This document shows positions 6,392-15,405 of a DNA stretch of 18,304 bases, piece by piece. The stretch comes from an uncultured Bacteriovoracaceae bacterium (GTDB lineage Bacteria > Bdellovibrionota > Bacteriovoracia > Bacteriovoracales > Bacteriovoracaceae): assembly GCA_964012805.1 (NCBI GenBank), contig CAXGUD010000061.1:1-18304 (forward strand). Direction: 5' to 3'. Position 1 is the stretch's first letter; each line of letters opens with the position of its first letter. The notes beneath the pieces were generated by a model. That model worked only from the letters and a program-made list of their open reading frames with translations. It did no database searches and was not told where the DNA came from. The position numbers were made by a program, and so were the translations under genes.

Positions 6392-7495
6392 TTAAAACTT
6401 CTTATTATTAAGCAATTCTTGAATAGATTCAAAGACCTCATCTACCTCAATCTTTCCCATACATTCATAGTAAAGACAAGACGATCCTGCACACTGAAAC
6501 TTCTCACCACAGACAACATCAGGCACAACAACACGAACTTTTTTAGAGTCGCGAAAAAATGGCCCCCAACGTAAAGAAGTTTGAACCTTAATTGGCGAAT
6601 ATATTGTAGCGATTTTAACACCTAAAATGTTTGCTAAATGCGTTGTTCCAGTACTAGGTCCAACAAACAAAACTGCTCTGGACAAAACAGCCATATAGTT
6701 CCTTAAACCTTTTATTCCTCCGTTAAAGTAATAAACCTTATTCTTTAGGCCAGAAAAGCCTTTTTGACCGAGCTGTTCACTAACTCCATCAACATAATCC
6801 TTATCACTCTGAGTAAAAGAAAGAACAAAAAGAAAGCGGTCAGGAAAACTATTCTCAAGTTTAAGAATAATTCTTGCATAGTTTTTTGATGACCAGTTGA
6901 GTGTATGCCCTGTCATGCCTGGATGGATAAAAATCATTTCATTTTTGAAAGATACTTTTTCTTTCTCTACCTCTTCTTTAAAGTCTTTTATAGCTTTTTC
7001 TTTTTCCTCCTCTCGAATTAAAATCTCAGGTGCACAACTCTCCTTTTCGGAATGATGGTAATTAATACCCAACGGATGAAGAAGGTTTATATTATATTCT
7101 GACTCATGCATCTCAACCAAAGACCGTCTTTGCCTAACGCCATTGTTAAGTAAAAAAAATGTCTGCCACTTGTTAAGCAATCCACCTCTATACTTAATTC
7201 CGGCAATTAAAGCGGAAAGACTTGGAATATGGCTTCCACCAACATGCAAATATGTATCGATGTTCTCTTTTATGAATTTATCTTTTAAGCTAATAAAGTT
7301 TTTTAAAGGTGAAATACTCTTATCATAGACCCAGTAATTATCTACAATTGGATTCGCTTCTAAGATAGGTACCGTTTTTGGGGAAATAATAAAAGTGATA
7401 TGACAATTTGGGAAACTCTTCTTCAACTTTTTTGCCATTGGAAGAGTAAGCAATGTATCTCCAATAGCATCACTTCTATTTATAACAACCTTCAT
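6392..7495 (-). CDS. Glycosyltransferase family 9 (LPS heptosyltransferase-like)
   Basis: 367 aa; N-terminal RSDAIGDTLLTLP, IHPG, FVGPSTGTTHLA, RWGP; next to the heptose kinase. Confidence 0.9.
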   Translation of the reverse strand: MKVVINRSDAIGDTLLTLPMAKKLKKSFPNCHITFIISPKTVPILEANPIVDNYWVYDKSISPLKNFISLKDKFIKENIDTYLHVGGSHIPSLSALIAGIKYRGGLLNKWQTFFLLNNGVRQRRSLVEMHESEYNINLLHPLGINYHHSEKESCAPEILIREEEKEKAIKDFKEEVEKEKVSFKNEMIFIHPGMTGHTLNWSSKNYARIILKLENSFPDRFLFVLSFTQSDKDYVDGVSEQLGQKGFSGLKNKVYYFNGGIKGLRNYMAVLSRAVLFVGPSTGTTHLANILGVKIATIYSPIKVQTSLRWGPFFRDSKKVRVVVPDVVCGEKFQCAGSSCLYYECMGKIEVDEVFESIQELLNNKKF

Positions 7496-7501
7496 AAGCT
7501 T

Positions 7502-8194
7502 TTAAAGCTCCACATTTTTCTCTCTAGCACTTTTTAAAACAATCGCTTTTAACTCATCAAGTACTTCTTTATATTCTAGGTCTGTTGTATCAAGTTTTTT
7601 TGCATCTTCAGCTTGCTTCAAAGGTGCAAGAGCCCTTTTTGAATCGTTTTCATCTCTTTCTTTAACATCTCTCAAAATATCTTCAAACTTATAAGTTACT
7701 TGTCCTTTTTCTCTAAGTTGTTTTAACCTTCTTTCGGCCCTAGTTTTATCACTCGCCGTTAGGTATATTTTACAAAAAGCCTTTGGAAAAACAACAGTAC
7801 CAATATCCCTACCTTCCATTACGCAGATCTTTTTCCTGACTAGATTTCTTTGGAAATCAGCTAAGAACTCTCTTACCGCGGTAAACCCAGATATTTTAGA
7901 AGCTAGTGATGATATATGGTGCTCTCTAATAGACTCTGTAAGATTTTTTCCATCGATTTTAATTAGTTCTTTATCAGAAGTCCCATATTCCAATGCAAGA
8001 GAGTCAAGAAAGGGTTTATTTATATCATCTTCAGTAAGTTTTAACCCTCTTTCTAAAGCGACAACAGCTAGGGCCCTGAACATAGACCCAGTATCGACAT
8101 ACAATAACCCCATATCTGAAGCTAGATCTCTTGCAATAGACGACTTTCCACTTCCACTTGGTCCATCTATTGCGACCACTGTTTCGTATAGCAT
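7502..8194 (-). CDS. cmk: Cytidylate kinase
   Basis: AIDGPSGSGKS P-loop, DTGSMFRA, MEGRDIGTVVFP, RDENDSKR..APL. Start moved to ATG 8194, which has AAAGGA upstream; the ORF track starts at 8224. Confidence 0.95.
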   Translation of the reverse strand: MLYETVVAIDGPSGSGKSSIARDLASDMGLLYVDTGSMFRALAVVALERGLKLTEDDINKPFLDSLALEYGTSDKELIKIDGKNLTESIREHHISSLASKISGFTAVREFLADFQRNLVRKKICVMEGRDIGTVVFPKAFCKIYLTASDKTRAERRLKQLREKGQVTYKFEDILRDVKERDENDSKRALAPLKQAEDAKKLDTTDLEYKEVLDELKAIVLKSAREKNVEL

Positions 8195-8339
8195 ATAAAT
8201 TCCTTTATCTAGGCAATCAGACACATGGCAAAAAAGATGCGTCTTTTTGGCAAAAGATCAGCAATCCAAAAAAAGTCTTAGAATACTAGGGGATGAAGGA
8301 GAAGTTGTGAATAAAAAAAACTCGGGTAATACGAAGATT

Positions 8340-9377
8340 TTAAAGGAAAATAGCTTCTTTTTTGCTGCTTAATAAAAATGCAAGAAAAACCTTTCTATTA
8401 AGATCTCTTTTATAAGGCATAGATGTTACACGCCAAAAGCTCCTGTCCCACAGAAAACTTCTTTCCAAACTCTTGAAATCTTTATTTTTGAAAACAAAAG
8501 TTTCTACGTAATCGCGCGGTAAAAAGAGAAAACTTTTTCTATAACCTTTGATTAGCTCTTTATAAGCTCTTTTAACCTTATTTACATATTTATTTCTATT
8601 TCCTACACGAAGACCTTTTCTAAGCCTTTTTTTAACACCACCTGGACCCATGTTGTAAGCAGCTGTAGCATGGATATAATGACCATTAAAATCTCTGAGT
8701 ATTTTTTTAAGGTAAAAAGCCCCCATTTCTATATTTGGCTCTGGCTTTTTAGTTATTTGAATAGCAGACCTCAAACTCTTCACGGGCTTCTCAAGCAGCC
8801 CTGCTAAAAAGTAACCTGTTCGAGGCATTATTTGCATCAATCCCCTTGCGTTAACATAACTTCTTGCTTTCGGGTTAAAATGACTCTCTGTCCACATTAC
8901 TGCAAGAACCCAAAAAGGATCTACTTGGAACTTTTCTGAATAAAATAGCGTTGTTTTCAGAAAGGGTTTAAGTTTTCCTTTAAGACCAGCTGGAACAGAA
9001 GACAAGATAAGGTCTTCAAACTCTACCTTCGAAAGTTCACTTATTCTTGAAATATCCACTTCTTGAAAAGTTTTTCCAACTGAATCAAAGTTATATGTAG
9101 GCTCCTTAAATGGATAGACTTCTTCTAAAGGTGTACTTTCAAGACCTTTATTTTTAATTTCAGCCTTCGTGAGAATAGTTGCAGGCTTTTTTGAAATAAA
9201 AAGATGAGAAAGGGAGTTAAATAAGTGAGGCTTCTCTAATAATAGATTCGAAACAAGGCCCAAATACAAAATAAATGCGACAGTAGAAGATAATATAGTT
9301 ACAGCAAGGTATTTAATGCTAAGGAAAAATCTCGAAACAATATAATCAGTGCTTGAAATTACTTTTTCTTTGGACAA
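8340..9377 (-). CDS. Lytic transglycosylase (SLT domain) with N-terminal membrane anchor
   Basis: 345 aa from a TTG start; hydrophobic N-terminal segment, catalytic ES (WTESHFNP), GLMQIMP and AAYNMG motifs. Confidence 0.88.
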   Translation of the reverse strand: MSKEKVISSTDYIVSRFFLSIKYLAVTILSSTVAFILYLGLVSNLLLEKPHLFNSLSHLFISKKPATILTKAEIKNKGLESTPLEEVYPFKEPTYNFDSVGKTFQEVDISRISELSKVEFEDLILSSVPAGLKGKLKPFLKTTLFYSEKFQVDPFWVLAVMWTESHFNPKARSYVNARGLMQIMPRTGYFLAGLLEKPVKSLRSAIQITKKPEPNIEMGAFYLKKILRDFNGHYIHATAAYNMGPGGVKKRLRKGLRVGNRNKYVNKVKRAYKELIKGYRKSFLFLPRDYVETFVFKNKDFKSLERSFLWDRSFWRVTSMPYKRDLNRKVFLAFLLSSKKEAIFL

Positions 9378-9679
9378 CCTGCATCCCCATTTGAAAGTTA
9401 GTTCTTTTAACCAAGCTCTTTATAAACGACACAGTGCACTTGTAAATCTAAAGTCCCTCAAGGTGTAATTTTTTCTAAGTTTGGTTACCAAATTCCAATG
9501 GTTTAAAGATATGCTTCTCTTTACTAATCCATCTAAATTTATTTAGTATGATCCGGATTACTCTTAGTTTAGACGAGAAATGTCTCGCTTTAATATGAAC
9601 TAAAAAACTTTAAGAAATAAAAAAATTTTTAATTAAACAACTGCCAAACTCTGAGTTGTTCAGTTTTAAGGAGATAATA

Positions 9680-11791
9680 ATGGCCGGCGAAGGATCTTTT
9701 AACAGACTCAAGAGCGAGAAGTCGATGTACCTTAAACAACATCAAGATAACCCCATCCATTGGTACTCTTATTGCCCAGAGGCAATTCAAAAAGCAAAGG
9801 ACGAAAATAAACCAATCTTCCTTTCGGTTGGCTACTCTTCATGTCATTGGTGCCATGTTATGTCACAAGAATCATTCTCAAATAATGATGTTGCAGATTT
9901 CCTAAACAAGAACTTTATTTCTATAAAAGTTGATAAAGAGGAGTTTCCTGACATAGACTCCTATTATCAGCAAGCCTGCCAACTCTTCTCACAATCAGGA
10001 GGTTGGCCTCTTTCTGCTTTTCTACTTCCTGACATGAAACCTTTTTTTGTTGGAACTTATTATCCATTAGTCTCCCAAAATAAAAATGAAACGACATTTC
10101 CTGAACTCATTGGAGAGCTAAACCGAGCCTATAGTGAAGAAAGAGACAAAGTTGAGGAAAATGCAAACAAAGTCACAGAAGCTCTAAAAGAAGGCTTCAT
10201 ATCTAAAGAAAAAGTGGAGTTTCAAGGACACTTTCCACAGCCGATGAGTATCCTAGAAGCAATCTCAGAATTCAAAGATAAAGAAAATGGAGGTTACGGA
10301 GAGGCACCAAAGTTTCCAAATTTTAGTTTTTATGAATGGGCCATTGAGCAAATGATTGAAGGGATGGTATCCCAAGAAGAAGGCGAGCATATAATAAAAA
10401 GTATCGAAACAATGATGATGGGTGGTATTTATGACCAAGTAAGAGGTGGTATACATAGATATAGCGTAGATAAAGAATGGAAGGTCCCTCACTTTGAAAA
10501 AATGCTCTATGACCAAGCTGGCTTATTAAAAATGCTTACAAAATTAAGCCTTATTTTTCCTTCTCCTCTTATTTTTGACGGAATTATGGATACACTCGAT
10601 TACCTTGAAAAAGAAATGCTGAGTGAAGAGAAGTACTTCTTTAGTGCACAAGATGCTGATAGTGAAGGTATGGAAGGTGCTTACTTCACATTCTCGAAAG
10701 AAGAATTCGAAGACTCATTAAATAGAGGTGATGACAAAGAAGAAGTACTTGGAAAACATTTAGATCAATTAAAAAAGTGGTTCAATATTACAGACGAGGG
10801 TAACTTTCATTCAGGTCTTAATGTCATTTCACTAAATTTAGAAGAGAAAGAAAATCTATTTAGTCAAAAAGGATGGAACCTCATTAGAAAAGCAAAGGAA
10901 AGTCTCTTGTCTGAGAGGAGAGAGCGAATTCCACCACAAACAGATAGGAAGGGAGTCGCGAGCTGGAACTTTATGATTATGAGCGCACTCGTTGATACTC
11001 TTCAGTACACTCAAATTCCTGCAATTCGCCACAAAGCAAGCCTGCTTTTTAATAAAGCTCTTGAGGGGATCTATAAAAACTTTTTAAATGAAAATAATAA
11101 GACTCCAAATGGAATTAACCTTGTTGACGGCGAAACGATACAAGAAAATACAACTAGTATCCGCCATACAAATACACTAGAGGAAGGCTTCTCTTTTATC
11201 GAAGACTATGTATTCTTTGCTGAGGCACAGGTAAGAATATATGAAGTTACAGGAAACCCCGTCTTTAAAGAAAACTTCAAAGACACTCTTACCTTTATAG
11301 AAAAGGAATTCATTGATGAAGGTTCAATATTAACAAGGCCAAAATCTCTTGAAGACCTCCACCTGTACCCAAATCAAAAGGTTAATGCATTCGACAATTC
11401 ATACAGGTCACCTACATCAACCTTAATAGGCCTTTTCAGAAGGGCGGCTATTTTATTTTTAGATAAAGATTATCTAGAAATAATTGAAAAAATTAAAGAA
11501 ATTTCTATTCATGAATCCTTAAAAAATCCAATCGGTAGCGGCGAAGCCTTAAGGTCTTTAACCTATCCTGATGATGTATACAGAGTCGTTAAAGTTCCTG
11601 TTAAATGGCTGAATGAAGCCGACTTCGCATCCTTTATAAACTTTTTTCAGCATAGGTTTGTTTTAGACTTTCACAATGAAAATAATGAAGAATGGCAAAT
11701 TTGCAATATGGAAGCCTGCGAACTACAGGGAGAAGGTCTTAAAAACTTCCTTGGCACTTTAAGTCCTAAAGAAGAAAAGGAAGAAGAATGA
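9680..11791 (+). CDS. Thioredoxin-domain protein, YyaL/DUF255 (SSP411/SPATA20-like)
   Basis: NRL..EKSMYLKQH, GYSSCHWCHVM, GGWPL, APKFP, PHFEKMLYDQA, SAQDADSEGMEG. Start set at ATG 9680, which follows AAGGAG; the ORF track starts at 9656. Confidence 0.92.
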   Translation: MAGEGSFNRLKSEKSMYLKQHQDNPIHWYSYCPEAIQKAKDENKPIFLSVGYSSCHWCHVMSQESFSNNDVADFLNKNFISIKVDKEEFPDIDSYYQQACQLFSQSGGWPLSAFLLPDMKPFFVGTYYPLVSQNKNETTFPELIGELNRAYSEERDKVEENANKVTEALKEGFISKEKVEFQGHFPQPMSILEAISEFKDKENGGYGEAPKFPNFSFYEWAIEQMIEGMVSQEEGEHIIKSIETMMMGGIYDQVRGGIHRYSVDKEWKVPHFEKMLYDQAGLLKMLTKLSLIFPSPLIFDGIMDTLDYLEKEMLSEEKYFFSAQDADSEGMEGAYFTFSKEEFEDSLNRGDDKEEVLGKHLDQLKKWFNITDEGNFHSGLNVISLNLEEKENLFSQKGWNLIRKAKESLLSERRERIPPQTDRKGVASWNFMIMSALVDTLQYTQIPAIRHKASLLFNKALEGIYKNFLNENNKTPNGINLVDGETIQENTTSIRHTNTLEEGFSFIEDYVFFAEAQVRIYEVTGNPVFKENFKDTLTFIEKEFIDEGSILTRPKSLEDLHLYPNQKVNAFDNSYRSPTSTLIGLFRRAAILFLDKDYLEIIEKIKEISIHESLKNPIGSGEALRSLTYPDDVYRVVKVPVKWLNEADFASFINFFQHRFVLDFHNENNEEWQICNMEACELQGEGLKNFLGTLSPKEEKEEE

Positions 11792-12711
11792 TCCAAGAGC
11801 CTCTTAAAGGTTTTACATTTATCGATCTAAGTACACGGCTACCAGGACCTTTGGCCGGCAATCTTATTGGAGGGCTCGGTGCAAAGGTCATAAAAATTGA
11901 AGATATAATGATCCAAGATCCATTCAGTAAAGGTCTTTTTTCAGAGATGGATGAGTGTTTTCCTGAGTGGTATAATACTCTAAATAACAAAAAAGAGATC
12001 TTGAGGTTTGATTTTAAAAGTAAACAAGATACACAAAAAATACGTAATCTAATCAAAAAATCTGATGGAGTCATAATGGGACTCCCCCCCAATGTCAAGA
12101 AAGCGTTGAAATTAACAAACTCTGATCTTGAATTACATAATAAGCCTCTCTGTGTTATTGACCTTAAAGCCTCTAAAAATCAAGTAGGATCAATGCATGA
12201 ACTCAATGCCTTGGCACTTTCAGGAATGCTAAAACTATATGTCGACGGTAGAAAAGAAAAAACACTGAGGCCTCCTTTTCTTCCTTTTGCAGGAATCTCT
12301 TTTGGACAAAAAGTGGGAATGGACCTTTTAGCTGGAACACTTCAAGCTCAAAAAGAAAAGAAAGTTGTCTTTATATCAACATACCTTTTTGAAACCAATA
12401 AAGAAGTTTTCCAGCCTTTTTGGACTGAAAATTTACAAAAAAGAGGACGTACAAAGTTCCTTCATAGCGGTCTTTATCCTTGCTATTGTCTTTATAGGAC
12501 GAAAGATGATGGATATGTTGCTCTTGCGGCAGTTGAAAAGAAATTTTGGTTAAAGTTTTGTGACATCTTTGACCTAAATATCCCCTTGGAACAAAGGTTT
12601 GAAAAAGGAGAAAAGGTTTTTAAGGCTGTTTCTGATCTTTTCTTAGGTCTTTCTAAAAAAGAAGTTTCAGATATTTTAAAAGATAATGATATTTGTTTGA
12701 GCTTAGTCTGA
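11788..12711 (+). CDS. CaiB/BaiF (family III CoA-transferase / AMACR-like) protein, degenerate
   Basis: PLKG..FIDLS..LPGP, LGAKVIKIE, LNNKK, HELNALALSG, YRTKDDGYVALAAVEKKFW. ATGA overlap with the upstream gene. Confidence 0.85.
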   Translation: MIQEPLKGFTFIDLSTRLPGPLAGNLIGGLGAKVIKIEDIMIQDPFSKGLFSEMDECFPEWYNTLNNKKEILRFDFKSKQDTQKIRNLIKKSDGVIMGLPPNVKKALKLTNSDLELHNKPLCVIDLKASKNQVGSMHELNALALSGMLKLYVDGRKEKTLRPPFLPFAGISFGQKVGMDLLAGTLQAQKEKKVVFISTYLFETNKEVFQPFWTENLQKRGRTKFLHSGLYPCYCLYRTKDDGYVALAAVEKKFWLKFCDIFDLNIPLEQRFEKGEKVFKAVSDLFLGLSKKEVSDILKDNDICLSLV

Positions 12712-12712
12712 G

Positions 12713-14116
12713 TTAAATATGTATGGCCCTTTCTTCAGTTGCTGCAAGACATGCTTCTTTGAACACTTCTGTATAGGTTGGATGTGCATGACAAGTTCTT
12801 GCGATATCCTCAGCACTTGCTCTAAACTCCATTGCTAAGACCGCTTCAGCAATCATATCCGCGCACCTAGGACCAATCATATGGACACCAAGAACTTCGT
12901 CAGTTTCCTTATGGGCCAAAACCTTAATCATTCCATCTGATTCGTTACTCGCACGAGCCCTTCCAGAAGCTTTAAATGGAAAAGATCCTTTTTTGTATGG
13001 CACCTTCTTATCTTTAAGCTCCTTTTCAGTTCTTCCTACGGAAGCGACTTCAGGCCATGTGTAAACTACACCTGGTATGAGATTGTGATTGATATGAGGT
13101 TTCTGTCCAGCAATATATTCCGCTACATAAACTCCTTCTTCTTCAGCTTTGTGAGCAAGCATAACCCCCCTAATAACATCACCTATTGCGTAAATTTTTG
13201 GGTTGGATGTCTGGCAATTTTCATTAACAGGAATCCTTCCCCTATCATCTAGAGACAGACCTGCTGCTTCAAGACCAAGCCCTTTTGTAAAGGGCGACCT
13301 ACCTACACTCAAAAGGCAATAATCACCCTCAAAAGTGACTTCTTTTCCCTTCTTTTGATCTTTTGCCTTAAGAATGATTTTTTCTCCATTTCTCTCAACA
13401 GAACTTACGGCGTGTGAAAGATAAAACTCCATTCCCTCTTTTTTCAAAGACTTTTGGAGTAATTTCCCCATATCTGAATCCATCGTCGGAATAATTGAAG
13501 GGAGGTATTCTACAACAGATACTTTAGAGCCTAGGCGGGCGTAAACCGACCCCAGCTCAAGACCTATGACACCTCCTCCAATAACAAGAAGGTTCTTTGG
13601 AACCTCTTTTAGATAAAGAGCTTCAGTCGATGTAATAACTCTTTCTTTATCAATTTCAACGCCTTTTAAAGGAGATGGTTTAGAACCTGTGGCTATAACA
13701 AATTTTTTTCCTTTAACTTCATGAGTTTCTTTTTCTCCGCGAACCGTCAAGGTATCAGGGTCTTTGAAAGTTCCTAAACCATTGAGAACAGTTACTTTAT
13801 TTTTTTTCATAAGGAAATCAATGCCAACGGTAGTATCTTTTACAACATCTCTCACTCTTTGAACCATTTTGGAAAAGTCAAAACCTACATTTTCTACTTT
13901 AATACCATGATTTTTAAAATGATGAACACAATCAAAATAACGCTCACTCGAGTCCAAAAGAGTTTTAGAAGGAATACAACCAACATTAAGACAAGTTCCA
14001 CCCAAAGTGGAATACTTTTCTACCAGAGCTGTTTTAAGTCCTAATTGAGCAGCTCTAATAGCACATACATAACCTCCAGGACCAGCTCCAATAACAACAA
14101 TATCAAACTCCTGCAT
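12713..14116 (-). CDS. lpdA: Dihydrolipoamide dehydrogenase (E3)
   Basis: GAGPGG FAD motif, GGTCLNVGCIPSK redox disulfide, GGGVIGLE, HAHPTYTE. Confidence 0.97.
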   Translation of the reverse strand: MQEFDIVVIGAGPGGYVCAIRAAQLGLKTALVEKYSTLGGTCLNVGCIPSKTLLDSSERYFDCVHHFKNHGIKVENVGFDFSKMVQRVRDVVKDTTVGIDFLMKKNKVTVLNGLGTFKDPDTLTVRGEKETHEVKGKKFVIATGSKPSPLKGVEIDKERVITSTEALYLKEVPKNLLVIGGGVIGLELGSVYARLGSKVSVVEYLPSIIPTMDSDMGKLLQKSLKKEGMEFYLSHAVSSVERNGEKIILKAKDQKKGKEVTFEGDYCLLSVGRSPFTKGLGLEAAGLSLDDRGRIPVNENCQTSNPKIYAIGDVIRGVMLAHKAEEEGVYVAEYIAGQKPHINHNLIPGVVYTWPEVASVGRTEKELKDKKVPYKKGSFPFKASGRARASNESDGMIKVLAHKETDEVLGVHMIGPRCADMIAEAVLAMEFRASAEDIARTCHAHPTYTEVFKEACLAATEERAIHI

Positions 14117-14146
14117 AAAATTTCTCCAAAAAAATAAAATTCCTAT

Positions 14147-15370
14147 TTAAACATCTAAGAGCATTCGGTGAGGATCTTCAATTAGTTCTTTTACTGTTTT
14201 TAAAAATCCAACAGATTCACGGCCATCAACGATTCTATGATCGTAAGAAAGAGCTATATACATAATTGGCCTTATTACAACTTGGCCATTGATAGCAACA
14301 GGTCTTTGGACAATATTATGCATTCCTAAAATGGCAGATTGAGGTAAATTGATTATTGGAGTAGAAAGCATAGACCCAAATATTCCGCCATTTGTGATTG
14401 TAAAAGTTCCCCCTCTCATTTCCTCAAGGGTTATTTTTCCATCTCTTGCTTTTAGGGCCAACTCCATAATTTTCTTTTCTATAAATGCAAAACTCAATGA
14501 TTCTGCATTTCTAACTACTGGTACAACTAATCCTTTAGGCGTTGAAACAGCAATTCCGACATCTGCATAATCGTGATAAATCAAATTATCACCTTCGATC
14601 TGACCATTGACACCTGGATACATTTTTAAGGCCATAGTCGAAGCTTTAGTAAAAAAGGACATAAAGCCTAAACCTATGTTGTGCTTATCTTTAAAAGGCT
14701 CTTTGTACTTTTTACGAAGCTCCATAACCGGATGCATATCCACTTCATTAAAAGTAGTTAACATAGCGGTCGTATTTTTTGCATCAACCAAAACTTTTGC
14801 TATCGTTTTTCTAAGCCTAGTCATTTTTTCTTTCTTGACACCTCGACTAGGACCAAAGCTTTGACTATTTACAGTTTGTTCTTCTGCCTTATCTTCTTTT
14901 TGAGCTTCTTTACTTGAAGCAGGAGTTGATAATGCATCTCCCTTAGTAATCCTTCCATCTTTACCACTACCATTTACTTCAGATGGATCAAGCCCTTTCT
15001 CTCTCATAATTTTTGAAGCGGCAGGAGAGGGATAAGGTTTATCTTTTGGAGAGCTTTCTTCTGCTCTAGGGCCTGAAAAGGATTCCGAATCTTCAGACTC
15101 TTTTTTAGATTCTTCCTTAGGTTTATCTACTGGTTTAGCATGAATATCGATTTCACCAATTTTAACACCAATTTCCAACTCGCTCCCTTCTTCAGCCATA
15201 ATTTTTATGACACCAGAGTTCTCGCTTGGCATTTCAAGAGTTGCTTTGTCAGACTCTATTTCACAAAGAAGGTCTCCTTCATTGACATAACTTCCATCTT
15301 CTACAAGCCATTGAGTTAGCGTTACCTCTGTAATGGATTCTCCAATTTGTGGAATTACAATGTCTGCCAT
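14147..15370 (-). CDS. sucB: 2-oxoglutarate dehydrogenase E2 (dihydrolipoamide succinyltransferase)
   Basis: Lipoyl domain ESDKATLE, E3-binding [20 protein letters not shown], catalytic YDHRIVDG. Confidence 0.97.
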   Translation of the reverse strand: MADIVIPQIGESITEVTLTQWLVEDGSYVNEGDLLCEIESDKATLEMPSENSGVIKIMAEEGSELEIGVKIGEIDIHAKPVDKPKEESKKESEDSESFSGPRAEESSPKDKPYPSPAASKIMREKGLDPSEVNGSGKDGRITKGDALSTPASSKEAQKEDKAEEQTVNSQSFGPSRGVKKEKMTRLRKTIAKVLVDAKNTTAMLTTFNEVDMHPVMELRKKYKEPFKDKHNIGLGFMSFFTKASTMALKMYPGVNGQIEGDNLIYHDYADVGIAVSTPKGLVVPVVRNAESLSFAFIEKKIMELALKARDGKITLEEMRGGTFTITNGGIFGSMLSTPIINLPQSAILGMHNIVQRPVAINGQVVIRPIMYIALSYDHRIVDGRESVGFLKTVKELIEDPHRMLLDV

Positions 15371-15405
15371 AAAATTTCCTTTTTAAACTTTTCACAGATT
15401 AAATT

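Noticed and set aside
9560..9655. Short inverted repeats in the divergent SLT/YyaL gap (CGAGA-AATG-TCTCG, ACTC-T-GAGT)
   Set aside because: Stems of 4-5 bp are expected by chance.
11787..11918. AATGATCCAAGA direct repeat (MIQEP / MIQDP)
   Set aside because: Only two 12-nt copies inside a coding sequence; no mobile element or array, so probably chance.
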